From positions 1 through 62,365 of the forward strand of contig JBILED010000001.1 of the NCBI GenBank assembly GCA_044352305.1: DNA of 62,365 nucleotides. Reading direction: 5' to 3'. Position numbers and translations under genes: made by a program. The stretch is from Gemmatimonas sp. Its GTDB lineage: Bacteria; Gemmatimonadota; Gemmatimonadetes; Gemmatimonadales; Gemmatimonadaceae. The notes beneath the pieces were generated by a model, which was not told where the DNA came from, searched no databases, and saw nothing but the letters and a program-made list of their open reading frames with translations. Each line of letters begins with the position of its first letter. Positions within the stretch are counted from its first letter, which is position 1. Below, in pieces: positions 8,824 to 18,720 of the stretch.

Positions 8824-11346
8824 ATGTCCCTCCCCTCTGGAGCCGCCCCCGTGAGGCGGCTGGTCCCCCTGCTGCTTGTCGCCACCACCGCCGCGGCGCA
8901 GCAACCGCCGGTCGCCGGCACCCCGCCGGCCCCGGCCGCCGCGCAGCCCCCCGCCGGAGGGGCGGCCGCTTCGCGCGGCCCGCGCCCCTACGCGCAGGTC
9001 ATCACGCCGCGCGCGCAGACGGAGCGGGGCGGGATCACCGTGCACAAGGTGGATGAGCGGTGGTACTTCGAGGTGCCCGACTCGCTGCGGGGACGCGACT
9101 TCCTCATGGTCACGCGGGTGTCCGGGGTGCCCGGCGGGTCCGGCGGCTTCCAGAGTGCCGGGAGCTCGCTCGCCGAGCGGCTGGTGCGGTGGGACAAGGT
9201 GGGGGACCGGGTGCTGCTCAAGAGCATCAACACCGGCATGGTCGCCGACGACTCGCTCCCCATCGCGCGCAGCGTGGCGCAGAACAACTATCCCGCCATC
9301 ATCGGCGCCTTCCCCGTGGCGGCGTACGGCCGGGACAGCGCGTCGGCGGTGATCGACGTGACCGAGTTCTTCGCCGCCGACAACCCGGCCACCTCGGGGC
9401 TGGACGCCGCCGGCCGCCGCCAGTACGGCGTGCGCCGGTACGACGCGGCGCGCAGCTACATCGCCGGCATGCGCAGCTTCCCGCTCAACCTCGAGGTGCG
9501 CCAGGTCCAGACCTTCGACGCCGCCACGCCGCCCAGCGATCCCGATGCGGCCACCGTGACGATGGAGACGCGGCAGTCGATCGTCCTGCTCCCCACGGTG
9601 CCCATGCGGCCGCGCTACGCCGACCCGCGCGTCGGCTACTTCTCGGTGGACCGCGTGAACTACGGCCTGGACGTGCAGAAGGCCGAGCGCCAGGAGTTCA
9701 TCACGCGGTGGCGCCTGGAGCCGAAGGATCCGGCCGCCTATGCGCGCGGCGAGCTGGTGGAGCCGGTGAAGCCGATCGTGTACTACCTGGACCCGGCGAC
9801 GCCCGCGCGCTGGAAGCGCTACGTGAAGGAGGGGGTGGAAAACTGGCAGGCGGTGTTCGAGAAGGCCGGCTTCCGGAACGCCATCCTGGCGAAGGAGGCG
9901 CCCACGAAGGCGGAGGACCCCGACTTCGACCTGGACGACGCGCGCTACTCCATCGTGCGCTGGGCGGCGAGCCTGGTGCGCAACGCGACGGGGCCCCACA
10001 CGCACGACCCGCGTTCGGGGGAGATCCTCAACAGCGAGATCACGTGGTACCACAACCACATGCGCTCGTACCGCAACTGGCTCATCATGGAGACGGGGGC
10101 CGCCAACCCGATGGCGCGGTCGCTCGACATCCCCGACGAGCTCATGGGCGAGACCATGCGCCAGGTGATCACGCACGAGATCGGCCACGCGCTGGGGCTG
10201 CAGCACAACATGATCGCGTCGGCCAGCTTCCCGGTGGATTCGCTGCGCAAGCCGTCCTTCACGCGGGTGTATGGCGTGAGCGCCACCATCATGGACTACG
10301 CGCGGCAGAACTACGTGGCGCAGCCCGGGGACGGGCTGCAGCCGCGCGACTTCATCCGCCGCGTGGGTCCCTTCGACGATTTCGCCATCCACTGGGGCTA
10401 CCGCGTCATCGACGCCCCCACCCCCGAGGCGGAGCGCGCCACGCTCAACCGCTGGCTCACGCAGCAGACCGGGCCCTTCCCCTACCGCTTCGCGTCGCAG
10501 GGGGTGGCGGCCGGGGACCCGCGCAACCAGACGGAGGACCTGGGGGACGACCCGGTCCTGGCGGGGCGCTACAGCACGAGGAACTACCAGCGGATGATCC
10601 CCAGCCTCGTGGCGTGGACGCGGGCGCCCGGGGAGGATTTCTCCGAGCTGCGCGAGGTGTACGAGGAGGCGGTGGGGCGCTGGTTCGGCAACATGCAGCA
10701 CGTGGCCACCGTGGTGGGGGGCGTCGAGGTGGACCTCAAGAGCGCCGAGCAGGCGGGTGCCGTGTATCGCGTGGTGCCCCGCGCGCGGCAGGAGGCCGCG
10801 CTCCGGTTCCTGGCGGAGCAGGTGTTTGCCACGCCCGCGTGGCTGTCGCCGCGCGAGATCACCTCGCGCATCGGGCCCTCGAACGTGGTGGCCCAGCGGC
10901 AGGCGGGGATCGTCACGTCGCTGCTGTCGCCGGCGCGGCTGGGGCGGCTGGCGGAGGCCGAGGGGTACGACGCGGCGCAGGCCTATCCGCTGGCCGCGTA
11001 CATGGCCGACCTGCGTCGCGCACTGTTCCCCGCCGGCGTGCCCGACGCGGGGCGCCGTGCGCTGCAGCGCGTGTACGTGCAGCGGGTGGAGGCGCTGATC
11101 ACGCCGCCGGCAGCGGCTGCGGTGCCGGGCGGTCCGGGCGGTGGCGCCGGTGGTCCCCCGCGGTACACGCCCTTTGTCACGGCGCCCAACGTGCCCGCGA
11201 GCGACCTGCCGGCGCTGGCCCGCGCGCAGCTGCGCGCCCTGCGTCAGGACGCCGCGGCCCGGGCCCGGAGCAGCACCGGGACCGCGCAGGCGCACTGGGA
11301 GGACTTGGGCGACCGGATTCGCGCCATCCTGGATCCGCGCGGCTGA
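8824..11346 (+). CDS. secreted zinc metalloprotease (DUF5117/DUF4953, EcxA-like Met-zincin)
   Basis: HEIGHALGLQH, SATIMDY, RYADPRVGYF, DPRSGEI; start at 8815 or 8824. Confidence 0.9.
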   Translation: MSLPSGAAPVRRLVPLLLVATTAAAQQPPVAGTPPAPAAAQPPAGGAAASRGPRPYAQVITPRAQTERGGITVHKVDERWYFEVPDSLRGRDFLMVTRVSGVPGGSGGFQSAGSSLAERLVRWDKVGDRVLLKSINTGMVADDSLPIARSVAQNNYPAIIGAFPVAAYGRDSASAVIDVTEFFAADNPATSGLDAAGRRQYGVRRYDAARSYIAGMRSFPLNLEVRQVQTFDAATPPSDPDAATVTMETRQSIVLLPTVPMRPRYADPRVGYFSVDRVNYGLDVQKAERQEFITRWRLEPKDPAAYARGELVEPVKPIVYYLDPATPARWKRYVKEGVENWQAVFEKAGFRNAILAKEAPTKAEDPDFDLDDARYSIVRWAASLVRNATGPHTHDPRSGEILNSEITWYHNHMRSYRNWLIMETGAANPMARSLDIPDELMGETMRQVITHEIGHALGLQHNMIASASFPVDSLRKPSFTRVYGVSATIMDYARQNYVAQPGDGLQPRDFIRRVGPFDDFAIHWGYRVIDAPTPEAERATLNRWLTQQTGPFPYRFASQGVAAGDPRNQTEDLGDDPVLAGRYSTRNYQRMIPSLVAWTRAPGEDFSELREVYEEAVGRWFGNMQHVATVVGGVEVDLKSAEQAGAVYRVVPRARQEAALRFLAEQVFATPAWLSPREITSRIGPSNVVAQRQAGIVTSLLSPARLGRLAEAEGYDAAQAYPLAAYMADLRRALFPAGVPDAGRRALQRVYVQRVEALITPPAAAAVPGGPGGGAGGPPRYTPFVTAPNVPASDLPALARAQLRALRQDAAARARSSTGTAQAHWEDLGDRIRAILDPRG

Positions 11347-11401
11347 CGGTCCGCACCCCGCCCCTTGCGCGGTGGCGTCCCGCCTCGTCTGTTCTTCGCC
11401 C

Positions 11402-12721
11402 ATGACCCCCACCGTCGTGCGCGCCGTCGGGCGCTGGAGCCTGGTCGCCTTCGTCGTGAACGGCATCATCGGCTCGGGCGTGTTCGTGCTGCCGGGGGAC
11501 ATCGGCGGGCGCTTCGGCTGGCCGGCGCTGCTGGCGTGGGTGATGGCCGGGGTGTGCACCGCCACCATGGTGCTGGCCTTCTGCGAGGTCAGTTCGCGCT
11601 TCGAGGTGGCGGGGGGCGCCTACGTGTACGCGCAGGAGGCGTTCGGGCGCTTCCCCGGGCTGCAGATGGCGTGGATGGCGTACCTGGTGCGGTGCATCAC
11701 CGCCGCCACGCAGGCCGGGGTGTTTGCCACCTACCTGGGGACGCTGTGGCCCTGGGCGGGGAGCGCCACCGGCGCGCGCGTGGTGACGGTGGCGTTCTTT
11801 GGCGGGCTGGCGGCGGTGAACATCCGCGGCGTGTCGTCGGGGGCGCGCGCCAGCAACCTGCTGGCGGTGGCCAAGACGGCGATGCTGCTGGCGCTGGGGG
11901 TGGGAGGGCTCGCCTGGCTGGCCGCGGGGCGCGCCGTGCCGGCACCGGTCCCCTCGGCGTCGGGGACGGACGGCTGGCTGGCCGCGGTGCTGCTGCTGAT
12001 GTTCGCCTTTGGCGGCTTCGAGTCGGCGGTGATCGCGGCCGCCGAGGCCAAGGACCCGCGGCGCGACGCGCCCTTTGCCATTCTCACCGGGCTGGGGCTG
12101 GCCACCCTGGTGTACCTGGCCGCGCAGGCCACGGTGCTGGCCACGGTGTCCAATCCCGGGGGGGCCAAGGCGCCGCTGGCCGACGCCGCCACGGTGCTGG
12201 CCGGCCCCGTGGGGGCCACGCTGGTCACCCTCACCGCGCTGGCGGCGCTGTACGGGTGGCTGGCCGCCGGCATGCTCAACGTGCCGCGCATGACCATGGC
12301 CATGGCCGAGCGCGGTGACCTCCCCGCCGTGCTGGCGCGGGTGCATCCGCGCTTCCGCACGCCCTGGGTGTCGATCGTGGCCTTCGCCGGCATCTCGTGC
12401 GCGCTGGCGCTGTCGGCGTCGGTGATCCAGAACCTGTCGCTGTCGGCGGTGTCGCGGCTGTTCGTGTACGGCGGCGTGTGCGCCACGCTGCCGGTGTTCC
12501 GCCGGTGGGACCGCGCGGGGCGCACCGCCACCGGCGGCGTGGTGGCGCCGGCGGCGTTCCGCGTGCCCGCCGGCGTGCTGGTGGCCGTGCTGGGGATTGG
12601 CGCGGCGATGGTGCTGGCCTCGCGCATGACCGCGCGCGAGGGGTGGTCGCTGCTGGTGGTGGCCACCGTGGCCACGGCGCACTGGGCCGTGGTGCGCCGC
12701 CGCCCCGTGCCCCCGCGCTGA
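11402..12721 (+). CDS. APC-family amino acid permease
   Basis: IIGSGVF, GGAYVY, FGGFE, EAKDPRRD, HPRFRTP; about 12 TM segments. Confidence 0.9.
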   Translation: MTPTVVRAVGRWSLVAFVVNGIIGSGVFVLPGDIGGRFGWPALLAWVMAGVCTATMVLAFCEVSSRFEVAGGAYVYAQEAFGRFPGLQMAWMAYLVRCITAATQAGVFATYLGTLWPWAGSATGARVVTVAFFGGLAAVNIRGVSSGARASNLLAVAKTAMLLALGVGGLAWLAAGRAVPAPVPSASGTDGWLAAVLLLMFAFGGFESAVIAAAEAKDPRRDAPFAILTGLGLATLVYLAAQATVLATVSNPGGAKAPLADAATVLAGPVGATLVTLTALAALYGWLAAGMLNVPRMTMAMAERGDLPAVLARVHPRFRTPWVSIVAFAGISCALALSASVIQNLSLSAVSRLFVYGGVCATLPVFRRWDRAGRTATGGVVAPAAFRVPAGVLVAVLGIGAAMVLASRMTAREGWSLLVVATVATAHWAVVRRRPVPPR

Positions 12722-12749
12722 CCGCCCGGTCGCTCCGGCGCCCCGCGCG

Positions 12750-13988
12750 CTAGGCGAACACCGCCCGCAGCTGCGCCACCGCCCACGCCAGGTCGTCCTG
12801 CGCCACCACCAGCGGCGGCGTGAGCCGGATCACCGTGCCGTGCGTCTCCTTGCACAGCACCCCGCGCTGCTGCAGCGCCTCGCAATAGGGGCGCGCCGGC
12901 TCCGACAGCTCGATGGCGCACAGCAACCCGCGCCCGCGGACGTCCACAATGGCCGGATGGCGCAGGGTGCGCAGCGCCTCCAGGAACCACACGCCCAGCG
13001 TGCGTGACCGCGCCACCAGCCCCTCCTCCTCCAGCACGGCCAGCGCCTCCAGCGCCACGGCGCACCCCAGCGGGTTGCCCCCGTACGTGCTGCCATGCGA
13101 CCCGGGCTCGAACAGCCCCAGCACCTCGCGGCGCGACACCACCGCCGACACGGGATAGCATCCCCCCGACAGCGCCTTCCCCAGTACGTACAGGTCGGGG
13201 ACCACCCCGTCGTGCTCGCAGGCGAACCACGTGCCGGTGCGCCCCAGCCCGGTCTGGATCTCGTCGGCGATGAGCAGCACGTCGTGCGCGCGACACAGCG
13301 CCGCCAGCCCGCGCAGGAATCCCGCGGGGGGGATGCGCACCCCGGCCTCGCACTGGATGGGCTCCACCAGCACGGCGCAGCAGTCGGGGGTGAGCGCCGC
13401 GCGCACCGCCTCCAGGTCGCCATAGGGGACCAGCGTGAACCCCGGCGCAAAGGGGCCGAAGTCGCGCCGGTACCCCTCCTCCGACGAGAACCCAACGACC
13501 GTGGTGGTGCGGCCGTGGAAGTTCCCCTCGAAGGCGACGATGGTGGCGCGCCCCTGCGGGATCCCCTTGGCGCGGTACCCCCACCGCCGCGCCGCCTTGA
13601 TGGCGGTTTCCACCGCCTCGGCGCCGGTGTTCATGGGCAGCACCATCTCCATGCCGCACCGCGCGGCGAGTGTCTCGCAGAAGGGCCCCAGCCGGTCGTT
13701 GTGGAAGGCGCGCGAGGTGAGCGTCACCCGCGCCGCCTGCTCGGTGAGCGCGCGCACCAGGCGCGGATGCGCGTGCCCCTGGTTCACCGCCGAATAGGCG
13801 CTGAGACAGTCGAGGTAGCGGCGCCCGTCCACGTCGGTGACCCACGCGCCGGCCGCCTCGCGGACGACCAGCGGCAGCGGGTGGTAGTTGTGGGCGCCCC
13901 ACTGCGCCTCCTGTGCCAGGCAGGCGGCGGTGGCCGCGGAGAGGGGGGCGGCGGTGGCGGTCTCGGGGACGAAGACGGTGGCGGTCAT
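12750..13988 (-). CDS. rocD: ornithine--oxo-acid transaminase
   Basis: GAHNYHPLP, SAYSAVNQGH, MNTGAEAVE, DEIQTGLGRTG, LGKALSGG. Confidence 0.95.
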   Translation of the reverse strand: MTATVFVPETATAAPLSAATAACLAQEAQWGAHNYHPLPLVVREAAGAWVTDVDGRRYLDCLSAYSAVNQGHAHPRLVRALTEQAARVTLTSRAFHNDRLGPFCETLAARCGMEMVLPMNTGAEAVETAIKAARRWGYRAKGIPQGRATIVAFEGNFHGRTTTVVGFSSEEGYRRDFGPFAPGFTLVPYGDLEAVRAALTPDCCAVLVEPIQCEAGVRIPPAGFLRGLAALCRAHDVLLIADEIQTGLGRTGTWFACEHDGVVPDLYVLGKALSGGCYPVSAVVSRREVLGLFEPGSHGSTYGGNPLGCAVALEALAVLEEEGLVARSRTLGVWFLEALRTLRHPAIVDVRGRGLLCAIELSEPARPYCEALQQRGVLCKETHGTVIRLTPPLVVAQDDLAWAVAQLRAVFA

Positions 13989-14914
13989 AGGATGTGTCGG
14001 CCGAAGGCGCTGGCCACCAGCTCCGCGGCGAGCTGGGCGGTGGCGTTGCGCGTGTCGAGGATGGGGTTGATCTCCACCAGGTCCATGGCACAGAGGACGC
14101 CGGCGTCGTGCACGATCTCCATGGCCAGGTGCGCCTCGCGCCAGGTGGCCCCCCCGCGCACGGGCGTGCCCACCCCGGGCGCCTCGCCGGGGTCGATCCA
14201 GTCGGCGTCGCACGACACGTGCACCCCCCCGGTGTGGCGCGACACGTGCGCCACCGCCTCGTCCATCACGGGGCGCAGCCCGCGCTCGTCGATGTCGCGC
14301 ATGGTGAACGCCCGGATCCCCAGTGCCGCGATGGCGGCGCGCTCGGCGGGGTCCACGTCGCGCAGCCCCACGTAGGCCATGTCCTCCGCGCGCACCGCAG
14401 GACCGTGCGGCGCCAGCCGCGCCAGCCGCGCGTCCCCCATCCCCAGCAGGTGGGCCACCGGCATGCCGTGGACATTGCCCGAGGTGCTGGTGTCCGGCGT
14501 GTGCAGGTCGGCGTGCGCGTCCAGCCACAGCAGCCCCACCCGCTGACCCCGCCGGGCCAGTGCGGTGGCCGTCCCCGCCACCGAGCCGGCGGCAAGGGAG
14601 TGGTCACCCCCCAGCACCAGCGGCACCTCGCCCTGGTCGATGGCGTGGGCCGTGGCGTGGGCCAGCTCGGCGCAGGTGGCGGCGATGGCCGCCAGGCGCG
14701 CGTCGAGGGTGTCGGCCAGCCGGGTGCGGTCGGGGACCACCAGGTTGCCGTCGTCGTGGACGGTGAGCCCCAGCGCTTCGAGGCGCGCGGCCAACCCCGC
14801 CAGGCGGAGCGCCGAGGGGCCCATGTCCACGCCACGCCGGCTGGCGCCGAGGTCCATGGGGACGCCGATGATGCGGACCGGTCGGTGGTGGGCCGGGAAA
14901 GGGGTGCGCGTCAT
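13985..14914 (-). CDS. rocF: arginase
   Basis: GVDMGP, GGDHS, DAHAD, SGNVHGMP, D.D.IDP..APGVGTP; ATGA overlap with rocD. Confidence 0.95.
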   Translation of the reverse strand: MTRTPFPAHHRPVRIIGVPMDLGASRRGVDMGPSALRLAGLAARLEALGLTVHDDGNLVVPDRTRLADTLDARLAAIAATCAELAHATAHAIDQGEVPLVLGGDHSLAAGSVAGTATALARRGQRVGLLWLDAHADLHTPDTSTSGNVHGMPVAHLLGMGDARLARLAPHGPAVRAEDMAYVGLRDVDPAERAAIAALGIRAFTMRDIDERGLRPVMDEAVAHVSRHTGGVHVSCDADWIDPGEAPGVGTPVRGGATWREAHLAMEIVHDAGVLCAMDLVEINPILDTRNATAQLAAELVASAFGRHIL

Positions 14915-14960
14915 GCCCGCAGGATGCGGCGAATTCGGTGCCAGCAACAAGCGCAAGAAG

Positions 14961-15018
14961 TTGACAAATACGCGAGCAATCCTGACGATATGTCAGGTCA
15001 TCCAAGGCATTTCGTCAA
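14961..15018. promoter_or_regulatory. divergent rocF/lrp promoter-operator region
   Basis: AT-rich; TTGACA at 14961 and palindrome CCTGAC-GATAT-GTCAGG at 14981-14997. Confidence 0.55.
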
Positions 15019-15038
15019 ACTCGACCCGCTATCTTTCC

Positions 15039-15458
15039 ATGGATACCCTGGACCATCAGCTGCTGGCGCTGCTGCGCGAGAACGCGCGCACCCCGGTGGC
15101 CACCTTGGCGCGCGCGCTGCGGGTATCGCGCGGCACCATCCAGAACCGGATTGACCGGTTGCTGGCCGACGGGGTGCTGCTGGGGTTCACGGTGCGCACC
15201 AGCGCGGAGGGGACGGCGCACCGGATCCGGGCGGTGACGCTGATCCGCACCGAAGGGGACGCCGAGCTGGTGCTGCGCGCGGTGCGCGGCTACCCGGCGG
15301 TGCGCGCGCTGCACACCACCAACGGGCGGTGGGACATCGTCGCCGAGCTGGCGACGGACACGCTGGAGCAGTTCGACGAGGTGCTGCGGCAGATCGGCAA
15401 GGTGCGGGGGGTGGCGAACACCGAGACCAGCCTGCTGCTGTCCACGCACAAGCTGTAG
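15039..15458 (+). CDS. Lrp/AsnC family transcriptional regulator
   Basis: MDTLDHQLLALLRENAR...LARAL.VSR.T HTH; TTNGRWD; divergent from rocF. Confidence 0.92.
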   Translation: MDTLDHQLLALLRENARTPVATLARALRVSRGTIQNRIDRLLADGVLLGFTVRTSAEGTAHRIRAVTLIRTEGDAELVLRAVRGYPAVRALHTTNGRWDIVAELATDTLEQFDEVLRQIGKVRGVANTETSLLLSTHKL

Positions 15459-15509
15459 CATCGCGGGGGCGCGCCACGGGCCCGTTGCCGTGCCCGACCG
15501 CGCCGGCCC

Positions 15510-16814
15510 TTATCCCCGATGGGTGGCGTGCCGCGCGGCCAGCGCCATCACGTCGTCCAGCTGCGCCTCGATGCCGCGCCAGTCGAAGCGTGCGGCCACC
15601 TGCGCGCGTCCCGCCGTCCCCAGCGCCTGCCGCCGCGCCGGATCGGCCAGCAGCGCCAGGCATTGGTCGGCCATGGCGGCCGGGGTGTCGGCCAACTCCA
15701 GGTCGGTGCCCCCCTGCAGCCCCAGCCCTTCGGGGGCAAAGCGGGTGCTCACCACCGCGCGACCATGGGCCAGCGCTTCCAGCACCTTGATGCGCGTCCC
15801 GCCGCCGGTGCGGATGGGGGTGACCACCACCCCGGCGGCGGCGTAGAAGGGGGCCAGGTCGGCGGGGGATTCGGCCACGGCGCACCGTCCGTCGTCCAGC
15901 AGCTCCGCCAGGTGGGCCCCGCTGCCAAACCCCGCCACCTGAAAGCGGACGTCAGGGCGCACCGCCCAGATGCGCGGCAGCACCTCGCGCACGAACCACT
16001 CCACGGCGTCCACGTTGGGACCATACCCCAGGGTCCCCACGAACAGCAGCGTGTCCTCCCCCCCGGGGCCGGGGGCCGGCGCGTCGGGGATGGCCACGCC
16101 GTTGGGGAGCACGGCCACGCGGTGGCGCAGCCGCGCGGGGAAGAACGCCAGGTCTTCCGGCTTGGCCACCAGCACCGCGGGATAGCGCGACGGCAGCGCC
16201 TGCTCGTACGCGCGTTCGCGCGCGGCGCGGAGCATGTCCAGCGGGCGGCGCGGGTACCAGCCTCGCGCGCGCAGCTGCTGGCGCGCCATGTCGCTGAGCA
16301 GGTCGTCCACGTCCACCACCACCTGCTCGTACCCGGCGTGGCGGGCGTGCTCGGCCATCCACGACTGCGACGCGAACACCGCGTCCACCCGCTCCCGCGC
16401 ACGCAGGGCGCGCAGCTCGGCCACCAGCGACTCGGACCACCAGTACTGGTGCGCGTCGGGGACGGGGGAAGCGAGCAGGTCGCGGAGGGCGCGCCACGCG
16501 CGCACCGGTACCGAGGCGCGCGGGCCCGCGGGCTGCCGTCCGCGGCAGGTGGTGGTGGACACGCACCACGCCGCGGCGCACCCGGTGGCGGCGAGGAAGG
16601 CGGCGTGCGCCTCGGGGGCCGGCGGCTCGTCGAGCGCTACCACGGTCACCCGGTGGCGGCGGGCCAGCCCGCGCACCAGGTGGAAGGCGCGCTGCCGCGC
16701 CCCCACGTTGGTTGGCCAGGGGAACTGCTTGGCGAGAAAGAGGACGTGCGGCCGCGATGCGTCCGCACTGTCCACACCCGTCCCGCGACTCAGGGCTTCC
16801 GCAGGACCAGGCAC
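15510..16814 (-). CDS. glycosyltransferase family 4
   Basis: LPNGV, FVGTLGYGPNVDA, GGGTRIKVLEALA..RAVVST; start uncertain. Confidence 0.88.
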   Translation of the reverse strand: MPGPAEALSRGTGVDSADASRPHVLFLAKQFPWPTNVGARQRAFHLVRGLARRHRVTVVALDEPPAPEAHAAFLAATGCAAAWCVSTTTCRGRQPAGPRASVPVRAWRALRDLLASPVPDAHQYWWSESLVAELRALRARERVDAVFASQSWMAEHARHAGYEQVVVDVDDLLSDMARQQLRARGWYPRRPLDMLRAARERAYEQALPSRYPAVLVAKPEDLAFFPARLRHRVAVLPNGVAIPDAPAPGPGGEDTLLFVGTLGYGPNVDAVEWFVREVLPRIWAVRPDVRFQVAGFGSGAHLAELLDDGRCAVAESPADLAPFYAAAGVVVTPIRTGGGTRIKVLEALAHGRAVVSTRFAPEGLGLQGGTDLELADTPAAMADQCLALLADPARRQALGTAGRAQVAARFDWRGIEAQLDDVMALAARHATHRG

Positions 16815-17575
16815 TGCGCCAACGCGGGGTATTCGCCCACCAGCAGTTCATCCAGCCGCGCCAGCACCCGCTCGGCGTCAAACGCCTCGAAGCCGAACAG
16901 CTCGGCGGGGGTCCCCTGCTCCAGCTGGAAGGGGGCCTGCTCCAGCAGCCAGTGCACGTTGACGTTGGTGCCGAAGCGGTTGGCCGTCTCGCGGGTGAAG
17001 GGGTGGACGTTGAGGAACAGGTCCACCGTCATGACCAGGCGGCCGCCGGGACGGAGCACGCGGAAAGTCTCCCGCATGGCGGCGGCGAGCTCGTGCGGCG
17101 GGAGGTGCTCCAGCACGCTGATGCTGAACGCCAGGTCGAAGGACGCGTCGTCGAGGGCGGCCTGGTCCAGCACCGTGTTGCGCAGCGTGACCGCGGTGCC
17201 GAAGAGGCGGTTGAGGCGCGCCATGGAGGCGGCATCGCAGGGCCACCCCACGCCGGTGGCTTCCATGCCGGGGTCCACATTGACCACGCGGCACCCCATC
17301 CGGGCGAGGACGAACTGGAAGCCGGCCAGCCCGCCACCGATTTCCAGCACATCCATCCCGGCGCGCGGGGCGGCGGCGTGGAACGCCCAGGGGTACTCCC
17401 AGGTGCGCGTCGTGTTGTTGGGCTGGATGGCGAAGGGGCCGCGCCGCCGGAGCAGCGCCTCCTCGGAGAGCACCCGGCGCAGCACGGACTCGGCGCGCAG
17501 CGGCGCGCCGAAGGGGGCGCCGTGGGTCTGGTTCCAGTGGGCGAAGGAAGGGGGGAGGGTGCGCAGCGCGAGCAT
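16790..17575 (-). CDS. class I SAM-dependent methyltransferase
   Basis: WEYPWA, VLEIGGG, FD..FSISVLEHL, RVLRPGG. Confidence 0.88.
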   Translation of the reverse strand: MLALRTLPPSFAHWNQTHGAPFGAPLRAESVLRRVLSEEALLRRRGPFAIQPNNTTRTWEYPWAFHAAAPRAGMDVLEIGGGLAGFQFVLARMGCRVVNVDPGMEATGVGWPCDAASMARLNRLFGTAVTLRNTVLDQAALDDASFDLAFSISVLEHLPPHELAAAMRETFRVLRPGGRLVMTVDLFLNVHPFTRETANRFGTNVNVHWLLEQAPFQLEQGTPAELFGFEAFDAERVLARLDELLVGEYPALAQCLVLRKP

Positions 17576-17719
17576 GGGGCCGGGGGACGGGGGGCGGGGG
17601 ACCCCGGTCAGGCCAGGACGGCCGTGGGAGGTTCCGGTGCCAAGGACGGTCGCCCGGGGCGGTTCGTCACCCCATGCGACACCCCACTCCCATTCGTCAC
17701 CCCGGCGGGGGTGACGCGA

Positions 17720-18640
17720 CTACCGGGGGCTGATGGCGAAGTCGATCAGCACGTCGTTGACGAAGCTGGTGGTGACCTTCATGCCGCCCGCCGAGTAGCC
17801 GCGCTTGAGGACGGTGAGGGTGCCCTGCCGCTCTTCGGCGGCGGTGTCGGCGGGGCCCAGGAGGGCTTCCACGTCGCGGATGGAGAGCCCTTTGCGCAGC
17901 CCGGCCAGCCCGCTGCCGCCGCCGGCCGGCTTAGGCGCCACGAACTCCAGCCGCTCTTCGGCGCCCGCTGCCGCGGCCGCGCCCTTGGCCCCGGTGGCCG
18001 CGAAGTCGACGTAGTCGGCCAGCGCCGCCATCACGCCGGCGGGGGTGAGCGCCTCGGGGGGGATTCCCCCCTGGTAGCGGATGTTGAAGCGGCTCCCCCC
18101 TTCCTTGCGGCGCGACCGGAGGTTGGCCTCGCGCGACGCGTTGGCCTGCGCGGCCTCCGCCTCGGCCTTGGCGTTCTCCCGCTGGCGGGTGGCGCGCGCC
18201 GTCTGCAGTTCACGCTCCAGCCGCGCGCGCTGCGCGGCGGTGGGGGCCGTCTTGATGGAGTCGCGCAGCGCCCGTTCGCGGGCCGACTCCCCCTCGAAAC
18301 CCGTGAACACGCGCTGGGTGCCGGCGTCGTCGCCGAAGGTGCCGTAGCCGCCGCCGCCCAGCTGGAACTCGATGTGCGAATCCTTCTTGACCACCACCTT
18401 GGTGACCATCACCTGCTGGCCCACCTCGAGGGCGGTGCCGAAGTCCTTGATGCGGTCGGCCACGAGGCGGAAGTTGACCGCCGGCTGCTGCATCGGGGAC
18501 ACGTCCACGCCGCGGCTGGTGCCGGGCATGGCGATGCGGACGGAGACGCTCTTGCCTTCGAAGGCCTGCCGGAGGGCGGCTTCGTTCTGGGCGAGGGCCG
18601 CGGCGGGGGTGAGGGCGAGGGCCAGGAGGAGGGTGCGCAT
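17720..18640 (-). CDS. secreted hypothetical protein with coiled-coil middle and SmpA-like C-terminus
   Basis: signal peptide MRTLLLALAL..ALAQ; host-like codon usage; LRKGLS..DVEALLGP motif. Confidence 0.7.
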   Translation of the reverse strand: MRTLLLALALTPAAALAQNEAALRQAFEGKSVSVRIAMPGTSRGVDVSPMQQPAVNFRLVADRIKDFGTALEVGQQVMVTKVVVKKDSHIEFQLGGGGYGTFGDDAGTQRVFTGFEGESARERALRDSIKTAPTAAQRARLERELQTARATRQRENAKAEAEAAQANASREANLRSRRKEGGSRFNIRYQGGIPPEALTPAGVMAALADYVDFAATGAKGAAAAAGAEERLEFVAPKPAGGGSGLAGLRKGLSIRDVEALLGPADTAAEERQGTLTVLKRGYSAGGMKVTTSFVNDVLIDFAISPR

Positions 18641-18720
18641 TGGCGGCATCTGAAGGGAAGCTGGCGGTGACTGGGGGCGTCCCGCATATAGTATTCCGGA
18701 ACCGCTCACCTTGCCGCCCC